This document shows, in pieces, positions 24,383-37,512 of a DNA stretch of 64,000 nucleotides. A program made the translations under genes and the position numbers. Source of the stretch: Squalus acanthias (taxonomy: Eukaryota); assembly GCA_030390025.1 (NCBI GenBank), contig CM059432.1, forward strand, positions 140,122,001 to 140,186,000. Reading direction: 5' to 3'. The notes under the pieces are model-generated. The model ran no database searches and had not been told where the DNA came from. It was given only the letters and a program-made list of their open reading frames with translations. Within the stretch, counting starts at the first letter, position 1; each line of letters opens with the position of its first letter.

Positions 24383-24941
24383 TCAGGGGCAAAGAGGGCC
24401 AATTTTGCAGATCTGTGTCCTGTGCCCCAGGGATGCCTGAAAGATGCCCGATCCCCTCTTGGGGTGGACAATTTTTCAGGCATCCCTGGCAGCCGCCTCA
24501 TTGCAGGCGTCAGGCCCCTTGCAAATGCTAAGAGGGGCCTCCTGCTTGTTTAAGGGCCCCACGCTGAAATTAGGCTGCCCTGAGCGGAGCGACCGTGGGA
24601 CCTGGAGCAGCGCTCCCTCTCCTCTTGGCTCCACGTGAAGTTCCTTTTCAAGAAAGAAAAACTTTACCATCCTGCTTGCTGGGCCGCGCCTACTTCTTGG
24701 AACAGCTGAGCAGAGCACCTCGCACACCCGCTCCACCCAGGACAGCCCAATTTGAAGATGGGGTTCCTGAACAAGCGGTAGGCCCCCCCTCTTAGCATCC
24801 GCCAGGGCCCTGACGCGCCCGTATGAGGCAGCCGCCAGGGATGCCTGAAAAATTGCCGGTCTTAATATGGGGTCGGGCGTCTTTCGGGCGCCCCTGGGGC
24901 ACAGGACACAGTTCTGCAAAATTGGTCGTCTTTGCCCCTGT
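24383..24941. mobile_element. Long-TIR foldback MITE flanked by TTAA
   Basis: About 210-bp imperfect inverted arms: CAGGGGCAAAGAGGGCCAATTTTGCAGATCTGTGTCCTGTGCCCCAGGG vs CAGGGGCAAAGACGACCAATTTTGCAGAACTGTGTCCTGTGCCCCAGGG. TTAA at 24379-24382 and 24942-24945. Confidence 0.8.
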
Positions 24942-25785
24942 TTAAACAATTTCTCCCCCCCCGGGGTCTTCCATATAATAGACAGGTGACAGTCAGTTTG
25001 AGCAGGTGAGCTGCAATAATAATTTTATTTTCATGGGGGAGTACACTTCAATTCCACATCCTACGGACTGATCCAATTCTATTATCCTTATCCCCTGAAG
25101 CCAGTTAATCTTTGAGCCGTGTCGCAGAATGAAGATAAATGGAGTGAACAGCAGTTTTACTGTGCCCTTTCTCTCTCTCTCTCTCTTTTGTGTCGTGACC
25201 GTTGTTCAAGTAGGGAGCTGGATCCTGTGCTATAGTATCACACTTTGCTATTCTTGTCAGCCAGACACTTTAAGGACCACTACGGTCTAATGGACCAAGG
25301 GAAAGGGTTCAGTAAAAGGGAGGAAAAAGATGAGGAAAAAGAACAACTGAAACTGTCGCTCTTGCTAAAGCTCCCCACGAAGTTTCTATCAGTCCTCCCT
25401 CAGAGGGTTTAAACACCAGCCATCTTCTGCAAACAACGTCATGTTTTCTATTAATGTAAAGCACAGATGTAAAAATAATGGCTGTGTACACAGTCAAAAC
25501 TAACCTAAAACTCCAGGGAACAGTGGGGGCTTAGTGGAGGCAACCTGGCTGCAAATTGGGTGGCCTCCACCAACAGTCTCAAAGATAACATTCAACCTGT
25601 GAGGTTTATTTTCATACTTTTTAACACTGTGATTTGTATCATATTATAACTAATGTGCGCTTTCCTGCAGTCTCCAATTTATATTCCTTCGTTTTATTTC
25701 TGCAACAGCTCCAATCGTCTTGAGCAGCACTGATAAGGATCTGAAAGCAGCTTTCTTCAGAAAGTAATGTAATTCCATATTTGGT

Positions 25786-25803
25786 AACACTAGATGGCAG
25801 TGT
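25786..25803 (+). promoter_or_regulatory. Possible CTCF-binding motif
   Basis: ACACTAGATGGCAGTG resembles the common vertebrate CTCF core CCACTAGATGGCAGT and lies in non-repeat sequence. Motif match only. Confidence 0.3.
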
Positions 25804-25979
25804 CAGGGGTCATCCAGTTGTCACCACATCGATGTAGTTTACAGCCACAACTTTCCAAAAGGCAAACTTTCTCCCCTGCTACCTTTTAAAACTACAGAAA
25901 GTGAGGCGAGGTGTTTACAAACCTCCTCTGATGGCGCAGTGTGTAAGTGCACAACATGCTGTGGCATCGATCAATATAG

Positions 25980-26365
25980 ACTCCCTCCACCACCGGTGCA
26001 CCGTGGCTGCAGTGTGTACCATCTACACGATGCACTGCAGCAACTCGCCAAGGCTTCTTCGGCAGCACCTCCCAAACCCGCGACCTCCACCACCTAGAAG
26101 GACAAGGGCAGCAGGCGCGTGGGAACACCACCGCCTCCAAGTTCCCCTCCAAGTCACACACCATCCTGACTTGGAAATATATCGCTGTTCCTTCACCGTC
26201 GCTGGGTCAGAATCCTGGAGCTCCCTCCCTAACAGCACTGAGGGAGCACCTTCACTACGCGGACTGCAGCGGTTCAAGAAGTCCACCACCTTCTCAAGGG
26301 CAACTAGGGATGGGCAGTAAATGCCGGCCTTGCCAGCGACGCCCACATCCCATGAATGAAGTAAA
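25980..26365 (+). mobile_element. 3' fragment of the same LINE family as 10137-10850
   Basis: High similarity to the reverse complement of 10140-10530. Confidence 0.8.
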
Positions 26366-26549
26366 TGAAGAATAGGAAATGTCCTGAGTTTGATCCACGG
26401 TTTATGTTGAATTGCCTGATCACAGATAGGGTTTGTGGTTAGAGGGTGCCATAATTGGTCTCAGTGTTCCTGGGCAAGGAAGGAGAAAATTCAGCCTGGA
26501 ATGGCATTCTTGATTGCTGTGCAATGTCTCCTGGAATGTGCTCACGTAA

Positions 26550-26985
26550 AAGAAAGAAAGAAGGAACTCGCATTTCTATAGCGCCTTTCACGTCCTCAGG
26601 ACGTCCCAAAACGCTTTACAGCCAATGAAGTACTTATCAAGTAAAGTCACTGTTGCAATGTAGGAAACATGGCTGTCAACTTGTGCACAGCAAGCTCCCA
26701 CAAACAGCAATGTGATAATGACCAGATCATCTGTTTTAGTGATGTTGGTTGAGGGATAAATATTGACCAGGACACCGGGGAGAACTCCCCTGCTCTTCTT
26801 TGAAATAGTGCCGTGGGATCTTTTACATCCACCCGAGAGGGCAGACTGATCCTCAATTTAACATCTCATCTGAAAGGCGGCACTTCTGACACTGCAGCGC
26901 TCCCTCAGTGCTGCACTGGGAGTGTCAGCCTAGATTTTTGTGATCAAGTCTTTGGAGTGAGATTTAAACCCATGCCCTGACTCAC
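26550..26985 (-). mobile_element. Deu-domain (SacSINE1-like) SINE
   Basis: Tail, Deu core and a partial tRNA-like head. Confidence 0.8.
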
Positions 26986-27036
26986 TGAGGTGGTAAGGTG
27001 TGAAATCTGTATTCGCTCAATGTTGTTTGTGATAAA

Positions 27037-27508
27037 ACAACAACAACAACAACAGCAACTTGCATTTATATAGTGCCTTTAACATAGTAAAACATCCCAA
27101 GGCACCTTCGAGTGTTATCAGATTTTCACACCAAGCCATATAAAGAGATATTAGGGCAGGTGACCAAAAGCTTGGTCAAAGAGGTAGGTTTTAAGGAGCG
27201 TCTTAAAGGAGGAAAGAGAGGCGGAGAGGTTTAGGGAGGGAATTCCAGAGCTTAGGGCCCAGGCAGCTGAATGCACGGCCGGCAATGGTGGAGCGATTAA
27301 AATTAGGGATACGCAAGAGGCCAGGATTGGAGGAGCGCAGAGATCTCGGAGGGTTGTAGGGCTGGAGGAGGTTATAGAGGGGCAAGGCCATGGAGGGATT
27401 TGAAAACAAGGATGAGAATTTTAAAATTGAAGATCGGAAGTCAGTGAGTCAATGTAGGTCAGCGAGCACAGGGGGTGATGGGTGAACGGGACTTGGTGCG
27501 AGTTGGGG
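27037..27508 (-). mobile_element. L2 LINE 3' fragment
   Basis: (CAA)n tail and L2 C-terminal coding sequence on the minus strand. Confidence 0.85.
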
Positions 27509-28739
27509 CGATTTCTTTATTTTGTGTGATATCCAACAGACTAAAATATAATTAAAATGAGCTTTAGTCAGCTGTCTCTGAAAAGACCTTATTCTTTCTG
27601 CGGCTGCCTGCTTCAGACCTAGTCAGCATTTTCCAAGAGAACGTCCCTTCGAACTGGGTTTTCTTTGTCATTCAAAGCCTCGTTCAGAAACCAATTAAGT
27701 CACGATTGCTTGACAGCTGGAATAACTTATGGAAATGTTACCATATGTGGATTGACTAACTCCAAATGCTGATCCATTAACGGGAAAATGTGTAGAGGAA
27801 GTGGCAAGGGTCCAGGCATTAATGCCTCACCTCAGAAGGTGTGAGATCTCTTAAACTCCTGACGGGAGAAGTTCCATAAATCAAGGGCGTGGGAGGCAGA
27901 AACAGGAGGCAATCCCACGGGGGAGGAGGGGCGTGTCCATTATTTCAGGTGGAATCTGTATTCGCCAACCTTTTTGCCCCGTTCACAAAAAAGCAGAGAA
28001 ATTGCAGGCGGGGGAACGACCCATTACGTTGCACAGCCTGTTTGGGGGGGGGCATGTCGGGTGGTGGGGGCTGGCATTCTTTGAATTCCTTCGGACTTCT
28101 GCCCGCAGCGTCCCCCTGATAGATGCAGTTTTTCTTTGTCCCGGTGTGGGACGCGGGTGCCCCCTCTTGGAGTGGCAGGGTGCCTCTGTGGGCTGAGCCA
28201 TCTCAATGGGGCAGGCACCCCGTCGCACCGCCACAGATGCAAGTTGCCTGCCCTCGATATTTAAACAAGCTCATTCCCTGGATGCGGAAGCAGGCACAAG
28301 CCCCACCCCGCAGAGCTCCTTAAAATTGATGGTGGGATTTTTTTCTCCCCCCCCCCCTCTTAATCTATTGGTTTACATCAGGGAAATGGCTGTAATATAA
28401 AAGACATCATATGGAATAAATCGGAGCTCCACATGAGTCCTGGCACGAAACCCAAGCTCTGAGGATGAACTAGATTTTAATCATGCATGTACAGCATGGT
28501 ACTATTGTCAGCCATGGCTCTGTGGGGAGCGCTCTCAACTCTGCATCCGATGGTTGTGGGTTCAAGTCCCATTCCAGAAACTAGCATGTAATTTATGCTG
28601 ATCACACCCAATACAGCATTGAGGGAGTGTTGCACTGTTGGAGGTCCTTCAGATGAGACGTTAAACCAAGGCCCCTGGCACTATTTTGAAGAAGAGCAGG
28701 GGAGTTCTCCCCGGTGTCCCGGCCAATATATTTATGGCC

Positions 28740-28970
28740 CCTAGTTTTGGATTTTCCCCACAAGTGGGAAACATTTTCTCTACTTCTACCCTGTCAAACT
28801 CCTTTTCATCATTTTAAAGACCTCTATCAGGTCACCCCTCAGCCTTCTCTTTTCCAGAGAAAAGACTCCCAGCCTGTCCAGTCTTTCCTGATAGTTATAA
28901 CCTCTCAGTTCTGGTGTCATCCTTGTCAATCTTTTTTGCACCTTCTCCAGTGCCTCGATATCCTTTTTAC
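28740..28970 (-). mobile_element. CR1 LINE fragment
   Basis: KKDIEALEKVQKRLTRM..LGVFSLEKRRLRGDLIEVFK. Confidence 0.8.
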
Positions 28971-29337
28971 AAGTTAAATAAGAAGGCAAATAAATGATAC
29001 AACAAGATACTGAATCAGCACAATACTTCACATTAGTAAATATGGGGTTAATATACCTTTTCACAAAGTGCTTTTTATAGCGCGTGTATACGTGACAGGA
29101 CTTTTGGATGAAACAGTCAGCTTTATCTCCTGGCGGATATTCCAGGGACAATGTTAATGAAAGAAAAGAAAGATTTGCATTTATATAGCACCTTTCACAA
29201 CCTCCCAAAGCGCTTTACAGCCAATGAAGTACTTTTGATGTGCGGTCACTGTTGTAATGTAGGAAACGCGACAGTCACTTTGTGCACAGCAAGCTCCCAC
29301 AAACAGCAATGTCATAATGGCCAGATTTTAGTGAAGT

Positions 29338-29669
29338 TTGTGCGCGCGCGTGTGTACGTGTGCGCGTGTGTATGTGTGTGTGTACGTGTGTGTGTGTATG
29401 TGTGTGTGTACGTGTGTGTGTGTCAGTATGCATGTGTGTTTGTGTGTGTGTATGTGTGTGTGTGTGTGTGTCAGTATGCATGTGTGTGTGTGTGTGTATG
29501 TGTGTGTGTATGTGTGTGTGTGTGTGTGTGTCAGTATGCATGTGTGTGTGTGTGTGTATGTGTGTGTGTACATGTGTGTGTGTGTATACGTCTATGTGTA
29601 CGTGTGTGTGTGTATGTGTGTGTGTCAGTATGCATGTGTGTGTGTGTGTGTGTGTGTCAGTATGCATGT

Positions 29670-29706
<37 letters not shown>
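29338..29706. repeat. Compound (TG)n microsatellite with recurring TCAGTATGCA interruptions
   Basis: About 370 bp of alternating purine-pyrimidine sequence. Confidence 0.97.
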
Positions 29707-29710
<4 letters not shown>

Positions 29711-31098
29711 ATATACATGGCTTCCTAGATATTTGAAATTGTATAAAGCTGCAAGCATTGTCTTCTGCATTGGGGTAACCATCGAAATAACTGAACTAAA
29801 AGCTTCCAAAAATCTCACCGTACAATATTAGTATCTATTGTGTTAAAATATCGTATGAAATTCCTGAATCTGCTATTTTAGCAAAGAAATTTTTATAGAA
29901 GTTTGTGCAGCACAATTTCAATCTATTTGTTTCTTCTTCAGCTATTCTTTGATACTAATTGCTCTGCGGCCATGGAATGAACAATTGATTAAGCTCTTGC
30001 AGGACTGCCTTATTAGAATCTCATGATCATAAAGTACTTTCTGGCTGTCACGATCAGTTCCATTACGTTTAGTTAATTGCTGTGAAAACAAACACTGCTA
30101 TCTGCTGACTTACGGTGGGACCCAAGTGCAACACAGCTTGGCAGATCATGCAAGCTGCATTGTCAATCTGGTGCCATTTCTAATTTCATCAGTTCACCCC
30201 TTACTGAGAAGCCATCTGTTTCAGTGAAATCTAGGAGGAACTATTATGCAACCTTTCTAATTGTTCTTGACTGAATGGCCAAGTGCACAATGCGCACATG
30301 TACTGCAAAGTTGACATGCCAACTAGCTTCCCTTTAGTGTCAGCCGTGGCTCAATGGGTGGCACTCTCGCCTGAGTCACAAGGTTGTGGGTTCAAAGTCC
30401 CACTCCAGAGACTTGAGCACAAAAATCTATGCTGACAATCCCAGTGCAGTACTGAGGGAGTGCTGCACTGTCAGAGGTGCCGTCTTTCGGATGAGGCGTT
30501 AAGCAAAGGCCCCGTCTGCTCTCTCAGGTGGAGCTCGTCCAATATTTATCCCACAATCAACATCACTGAAACAGATTATCTGGCCATTATCACGTTTCTG
30601 TTTGTAGGACCTTGCTGTGTGCAAATTGGCTGCTGCATTTCCTGCATTGCAACAGTGACTACTGTTGTATTTCTTGGGGTGGATTCTGTTTCGAAGTAGC
30701 TTGTGATGTTCTTTCTGTACCTGATGGCTTCCAGAGTGGGGCGTCTGAGAAGGTGATCGACAGTTGGAACAGGTTACCGGGAACATTTCTGGAGGTCCGG
30801 ACACAGGATTAATTTAGAAACAACTTAAATGCAGCGTTGGTATCCTGGAAGGTTTGATTATTTATTTATCCCTAAACCTCTCCGCCTCTCTCCCACTCTC
30901 TCATCCTTTAAGATGCTTCTTAAAACCTACCTCTGTGACCAAGCTTTTGGTCACCTGTCCTAATATCTGGTCATGTGGCTCGGTGTCAAATTTTGTCTGA
31001 TTACACTCCTGTGAACTGCCTCGGGATATTTTACTACGTTAAAGACGCTGTATGAATGCAAGTTGTTATTGGTGCAGTTCGATTGATTAAATGTATCT

Positions 31099-31213
31099 GG
31101 GGTAGAATTTCTGTGAGGGTTCCCCCCCAATCTCCCACTGTAATTTTTTCAGGAACCCTGGAGAAAAAAAAAGTGTCAACAAAGTTACGGCGGGACAGCA
31201 GAAATTCCAGGCC
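31099..31213. mobile_element. 115-bp Harbinger-type MITE
   Basis: TIRs GGGGTAGAATTTC / GGCCTGGAATTTC (10/13), similar to the larger Harbinger ends here. Perfect 3-bp TSD TCT (31096-31098, 31214-31216). Confidence 0.65.
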
Positions 31214-32105
31214 TCTATCTTTTATGCCACCTTGACAGCAAAAGAACTTTTCAGTCAGTCAACCTTTTTCAACACTTCTACTTTCTGACTACATCCAGCT
31301 GATGCCTTGTGCCTCTCCCTTGATAACTGCATAAATGTATCGTCCGGTGAAGTACTGCACGATACTGGGAATTGGATCTATGCTTGAAAAGGACACATTT
31401 GCAGGGCTATGGGGAAAGAGCAGGGGAGGGATTGGGACTAATCGGAGAGCTCTTTCAAAGAGCCGGCACAGGCACGATGGGCCGAATGGCCTCCTTCTGT
31501 GCTGTATGCTTTCATACTGCACAGGAGTGTCCCAATTTCTGTCCTTTCGTCCATGCTTAATTAACAGATCTCGGATGAGGTGAGGTGTCATGTTGCCCTG
31601 GTGTCTCTCGGCTATAACAGGGTAAATTCAGCCAAGGTTCCTGCACCTGATGGATGGTCGGTGGTCCCTGCTGGAAAGGGCAAGCAGGTGAATTTCACAA
31701 TGGCTTGTGACACTTCATCATGGTGAAATCGCCCATCACCAGTCACTTAGACTTATAACCAGCAGAAGGGCCGATTAAATTAGATATTAGAGGGATGTCA
31801 GCAGACTATATAACTGCACCTCAGCACGGGTCACCACCCTTATGAGTGATGTTGCTATGGATGGTGGAAAAGTTACACAAAATAATGGTTACGATTGCAT
31901 CAGGAAATCTCATTGCTCAGCACTGACATAAGCCCATTTTAAGAAGCAGATGTTTGTAGTTGACACCAACTATAAAAGAAAGAAAGGCTTGCATTTGCAG
32001 CCAATTTACACACAGAAAAGTCCCACAAACAGCAATGAGATAATGACCAGATCATCTGTTATTTTTAGTGATGTTGGTTGAGGGATAAATATTTTCCAGG
32101 AGAAC

Positions 32106-33083
32106 TATTAATGATCTAGACGAGGGAACTAGATGTAATATCTCCAAGTTTGCAGATGACACAAAGCTGGGTGGGCATGTGTGCTGTGAGGAGGATGCCG
32201 AAAAGCTCCAGTATGATTTGGACAGGTTGGGTGATTGGGCAGAATCATGGCAGATGCATTATAATGTGGATAAATGTGAGGTTATCCACTTTGGTGTCAA
32301 AAACGGGAAGGCAAATTATTATCTGAATGGCAATAGATTGGGAGAAGGGGAAGTGCAACGAGACCTGGGTGTCCTTGTGCACCAGTCGCTGAAGGTAAGC
32401 ATGCAGGTGCAGCAGGCGGTTAAGAAGGCAAATGGTATGTTGGCCTTCGTAGCGAGAGGGTTTGAGTACAGGAACAAGGATGTCTTGCTGCAGTTGTACA
32501 GGGCCTTGGTAAGACCACACCTTGAGTATTGTGTGCAGTTTTGGTCGCCTTATCTGAGGAAGGATGTTCTTGCCATGGAGGGAGTGCAGCGAAGATTCAC
32601 CAGGCTGATACCTGGGATGGCAGGAATGACGTATGAGGAGCGATTGGGTCGATTGGGCTTATACTCGCTGGAGTTTAGAAGAATGAGAGGGGATCTCATT
32701 GAAACTTATAAAATTCTAACAGGACTAGACAGACTAGATGCAGGAAGGATGTTCCCGATGGCGGGGGAGTCCAGAACCAGGGGTCACAGTCTAAGGATAA
32801 GGCGTAAGCCATTTAGGACAGAGATGAGGAGGAATTTCTTCACCCAGAGAGTGGTGAACCTGTGGAATTCTCTACCACAGAAGGCAGTGGAGGCCAATTC
32901 ATTAAATATATTCAAGAAGGAGTTAGATATATTTCTTAAGGCTAAAGGGATCAAGGGATATGGGGAAAAGGTAGGGACAGGGTACTGAATTTGGATGATC
33001 AGCTATGATCTCATTGAATGGCGGAGCAGGCTCGAGGGGCCGAATGGCCTACTCCTGCTCCTATCTTCTATGTTTCTATGTTT
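32106..33083 (+). mobile_element. 5'-truncated CR1 LINE inserted in a minus-strand Deu-SINE (about 31975-33310)
   Basis: KFADDTKLGG..RPHLEYCVQFWSP..LYSLEFRRMRGDLIE..LWNSLP is open to the stop at 32988. (TTCTATG) tail. SINE sequence continues on both sides. Confidence 0.92.
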
Positions 33084-35059
33084 CCCCCGTTCTTCTTCGA
33101 AATAGTACCGCGGGATCTTTTACGTCCACCTGAGAGAGCAGACGGGATCTCAGTTTAACGTCTCATCCGAAAGGCGGCACCTCCGCCAGTGCAGCACTCC
33201 TTCAGTACTGCACTGGGGAGTGTCAGCCTGGATTACGTGCTCCAGTCTCTGGAGTGGGACTTGAACCTACGACTCAGAGGTGAGAGTCCTGCCCACTGAG
33301 CCAATGGCTCCTTCTGTTAGGGAAGGTCTGGGAAGACTTTCACATTTGCGGACGGGAACTGATTCAAATGACTCATGAGATACCTCAGAAACACATGAGA
33401 TGAATCAGCGATGCTGTGAAATGTATTAGGAAACCCATGAGATGACAAGCACACCTTAGCTGGGGCTGCTCAACCAGAAAGCTTACTAAGCACACTTTTA
33501 AGTGGCTATAAGTATTTTTACTTCGTTGTGCAAAGGAGGGGACAATACTCAAAAGCATCAGTAATTGTATTACCTGGCTACTACTTGGCAGAATGTTAAA
33601 GATACCTCGACTCTTCCACTTCACTGATGAGGTAATGCATTTCATTGCATCCTTGCTCTTGGACTGACCGGTGAAATATCTCCACCTCTGCTTTCAACTT
33701 CACAGCGATGTCTGAAAAAGTTGGAAGTAAAGTTTGATGTTCTACTTTGATGACATGAGCAGGTCAAACCTGCATCAGGAACCTTACTGCATTTAAGGGG
33801 AAGCTAGATCAACAAATGAGGGAGCAGGGAAGAGAAGGATATGTCGATTGGGTGAGATGAAGTAAGGTGGGAGGAGGCTCGTGTGGAGCATAAACACCAG
33901 AATGGACCTGTTGGGCCGAATGGCCCATTTTTCTGTGCTGTAAAATTCTGTGTAACTTTATTAGTCTATCTTTTGCTAGCTGGGGAAAAGCAAGATTTTG
34001 AAACAGATGTGGATTTTAAGCAAGGTGGCTCTGGCTCTACAAGGGACAGTGCGACCAATGCTCCTCTCCAATCCGCACCATTTCCTGAAGACAATGAGGT
34101 GCAGCGGCATGAAAATTCACGAGACCCGCATCCCACTGACATCTCGCGAGGGGCCTGCCCAATGTAATCTTCAGGGAGGCCTCAAGATAGAGTCCATCGC
34201 TCTTGACCAAAACAGGCGTGAGCCTTATTTAAATGTCGGGGGGGTGGGGGTTAGATTTTAACCCCCACCCCACCCCCACCACCTAGTGGATGTAGAAGGC
34301 ACTCACAGGCCTAAGTTTGAGGACTGGGATATTTTAACTCCTGGGGATCATCTGCACACCGCCGGTCATAAGATGCGGAAAGTGAGAGTCGGCTGGTGGG
34401 CAGGAGCGGAGATTCTGGTGAAGGCAGGCTTGCCGGCAAGTTGTAGGAGGGGGGGCCTCTTCATCCTCCCCACAGCTACCGACATAGGTTTGATGTTGTG
34501 GGGACCCCGATTCACGCGGCACCTGCCTGAGCACAGGGGGGCACCTCGTCGGCCACCTGTCCAGCGGCCATTACAATTCAAAACTGGCGGGAGTGAAGCT
34601 GGGAATGGAGCTGCTCCCCACCCCCGCCTCATTCCCACTGAGGAGGCTGAATTAAAATCCCCCTTCTACCCCTGCTAGGTCCACTATGGCCGGGGTTGGT
34701 GAGGAGGGAGCTTCACTCCCCTCAGAGTGATGTGGTTTTCATGGACCAATGGCGTTCCAAAACTGTCCAAAATCATTTTCCTTTCAACTTTGTGTGGACA
34801 GGGGGAGCAGGAGTATTTATCTAGGGCCCCAGCAAAATACTCTGCTCCGAGGGGAGTGAAGCCCCCGCCCCCCCCCCCCCCCCCCACCCCGCCGCCTGCC
34901 CCCCAGGGTGGCCCCACTACCCTCAAGTCTGCACTGTCAGCTGGCTCGATGCAGGAGCAGGCCGATTTCAACGCCCCCGCCACCGCCCCCCACCCTCCCC
35001 ACCCTCGGAACGCCCGTTTGACTCTCGCAGCCAGCTGGCATCATTCAAACGCGACCCGA

Positions 35060-35960
35060 CCAACAACGACAACAGCAACAATTTGCATTTATCTAGCACC
35101 TTTAACGCAGTAAAACGTTCCGAGGCGCTTCACAGCAGCGATTATCAAACAAAATTTGACACCGAGCCACGTAAGGAGATATTAGGGCAGATGACCAAAA
35201 GCTTGCTCAAAGAGGTAGGTTTTAAGGAGCGTCTTAAAGGAGGAGGGAGAGGCGGAGAGGTTTAGGGAGGGAATTCCAGAGCTTAGGGCCTAGACAGCTG
35301 AAGGCACGGCCGTCAATGGTGGAGCGATGAAAATCGGGGATGCTCAAGAGGCCTGAATTAGAGGAGTGCAGAGATCTCATAGAAACATAGAAACATAGAA
35401 TCTAGGAGCAGGAGTAGGCCATTCGGCCCATCGAGCCTGCTCCACCATTCAATACGATCATGGCTGATCATCCAAATCCAGTACCCTGTCCCTGCTTTAA
35501 TCCCCACAGTACACATATCCCACCCTACCCCCGTAACCCCACGTATTTAATTCCCCCTAACATATCCCATCCTATCCCCATAACCCCACATATTTAATCC
35601 CCCCCTAACACTAAGGGTCAATTTATCATAGCCAAATCAACCTAACCCGCACATTTTTGGACTGTGGGAGGAAACCGGAGCACCCGGAGGAAACCCACGC
35701 AGACACGGGGAGAATGTGCAAACTCCACACAGACAGTCACCCGAGGTCAGATTCGAACCCGGGTCCCTGGCGCTGTGAGGCACCAGTGCTAACCACTATG
35801 CCACCGTGTTGCCCTCGGAGGGTTGTAGGGCTGGAGGAGGTTACAGCGATAGGGAGGGACGAGGCCACGAAGGGATTTGAAAACAAGGATGAGAATTTTA
35901 AAATCGATGTGTTGCCGGACCAGGAGCCAATGTAGGTCAGAGAGCACACAGGTGATGATA
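35060..35960 (-). mobile_element. L2 LINE 3' fragment split by an HE1-like SINE
   Basis: L2 sequence ...GCAGAGATCTC (35378) resumes as TCGGAGGGTTGTAGG (35815). Confidence 0.85.
35378..35814 (-). mobile_element. V-SINE (HE1-like) with CR1-derived 3' tail
   Basis: tRNA-like head (GGGCAACACGGTGGCATAGTGG...GGTTCGAATC), V-domain (GTGGAGTTTGCACATTCTCCCCGTGTCTGCGTGGGTTTCCTCCGGGTGCTCCGGTTTCCTCCCAC), and a tail matching the CR1 3' UTR with (TTTCTATG)n. Confidence 0.85.
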
Positions 35961-35989
35961 TTTCACTATCAGATTAACAAAGGCATTGT

Positions 35990-36810
35990 GACACGGTGAT
36001 TCATTTTGTAATTAATACGAAGATTAAGGCATGCATAATTTTTCAGTTTCCCTTTACACTTTTCTCCATTACACAGCAGCCCTGTGTCTGGTGGTACCAG
36101 TCTCCAGCTTTGATTCCCGATGATTCGCTCTTGAGGTCGAATGCAAACCCAATCTTTTCACTGACCCATGATGACTCACTTATCGAGTCTAGCACTCTCC
36201 ACTTGCCCTTGATAATCCTCTCACATTTGTCTCCACTTATAAATTCCTGCATCCTCCTCGCTAAAGCCATTATCCTTTCCTTAACCTTAATGATCAATAG
36301 ACAATTTTCACATCTCTTTGCCCATTTATTAAGCCTGGTTTTCTCATTCATGAAGATCCCACAGCAAGCACACCTCGTAGACTCTATCTTCATTATTCTT
36401 GACGTGATTACTTCCCTTTTAATCTTCCTTCTCTCTCCGCCCTCTTTTGATTGAACTACTCTTGCGCACCCCTTGTTTATTTCACTTCTCTTGTCATGTT
36501 CCCTTTGTAATTTTGCTTCTCCGAAGGGGCCCCCTTTTAAATCCAAAGTCAAAATGAACCCCCTCTGTTTCCCGTTACCGAGTCAGTTCTCAATTCATCT
36601 CGACGACTTGTCAACTGTTACATGAGTAGTAAAGCTTCCTTTCTCGCACACATGAGGAACATTGCCAAATGCCTTTTGAAAAGACAAATGCGCTACATTT
36701 ACTGGATTACTCTCAGCCACTGGCTCAGTTACTACCTCAAATAATTCCTCTGGTTTGCAAAGCATGACCCATTGCGTCGAAAACCATGCCGACTGCTCCC
36801 TTTGATTGAT
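35990..36810 (-). mobile_element. Very old, degenerate CR1 reverse-transcriptase fragment
   Basis: Minus strand retains remnants of FQKAFDKVPH (TTTCAAAAGGCATTTGGCAATGTTCCTCAT) and SQHGF-like sequence. Confidence 0.5.
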
Positions 36811-37044
36811 TGGCGTGAATTAACATTTTAAATGCCCATTATCCTTCGTGGGCCCAGCATCTCACTTAGCTTGGGTTCAAAGGCTACTTGGGTTGTGGAT
36901 GTGGTTGTCCATGTTGAATTTTGATATGGGAAGCCAACTTCCATTTTTGAAAACTACCTGAAATGAGGATACAAATTTCCCTACTGGCCACAAGAAAAGA
37001 AATTCTGCTTTTCTCACATGAATGTTGGATGAAAACAGTGTTAG

Positions 37045-37512
37045 AACATAAGAACATAAGAATTAGGAGCAGGAGGAGGCCATACGGCCCCTCGAGCCTG
37101 CTCCGCCATTCAATTAGATCATGGCTGACTTCAACCTCAACTCCACTTTCCCGCCCGATCTCCATATCCCTTGATTCCCCTAGAGTCCAAAAATCTATCG
37201 ATCTCAGTCTTGAATATACTCAACGATTCAGCTTCCACAGCCCTTTGGGGTAGAGAATTCCAAAGATTCACAACACTCTGAGTGAAGCAATTCCTCCTCA
37301 TCTCGGTCTTAAATGGCCGACCCCTTATCCTGAGACTCTGCCCCCTAGTTCTAGACACTCCAGGCAGGGGAAACAACCTCTCAGCATCTACCCTGTCAAC
37401 CCCCTCAGAATCTTATATGTTTCAATGAGATCACCTCTCATTCTTCTAAACTCCAGAGAGTATAGGCCCAATCTACTCAATCTCTCCTCATAGGACAAAC
37501 CTCTCATCCCAG
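37045..37512 (-). mobile_element. CR1 LINE 3' fragment
   Basis: SRTRGQSLRIRGRPFKTEMRRN..LWNSLP and a (CATAAGAA)n tail. Confidence 0.88.

Noticed and set aside
29151..29831. Long Cys-Val or His-Thr ORFs
   Set aside because: Translations of the (TG)n microsatellite.
36043..36552. 169-aa ORF as a host gene
   Set aside because: Best explained as a degenerate CR1 RT fragment, given adjacent FQKAF/VPH remnants.
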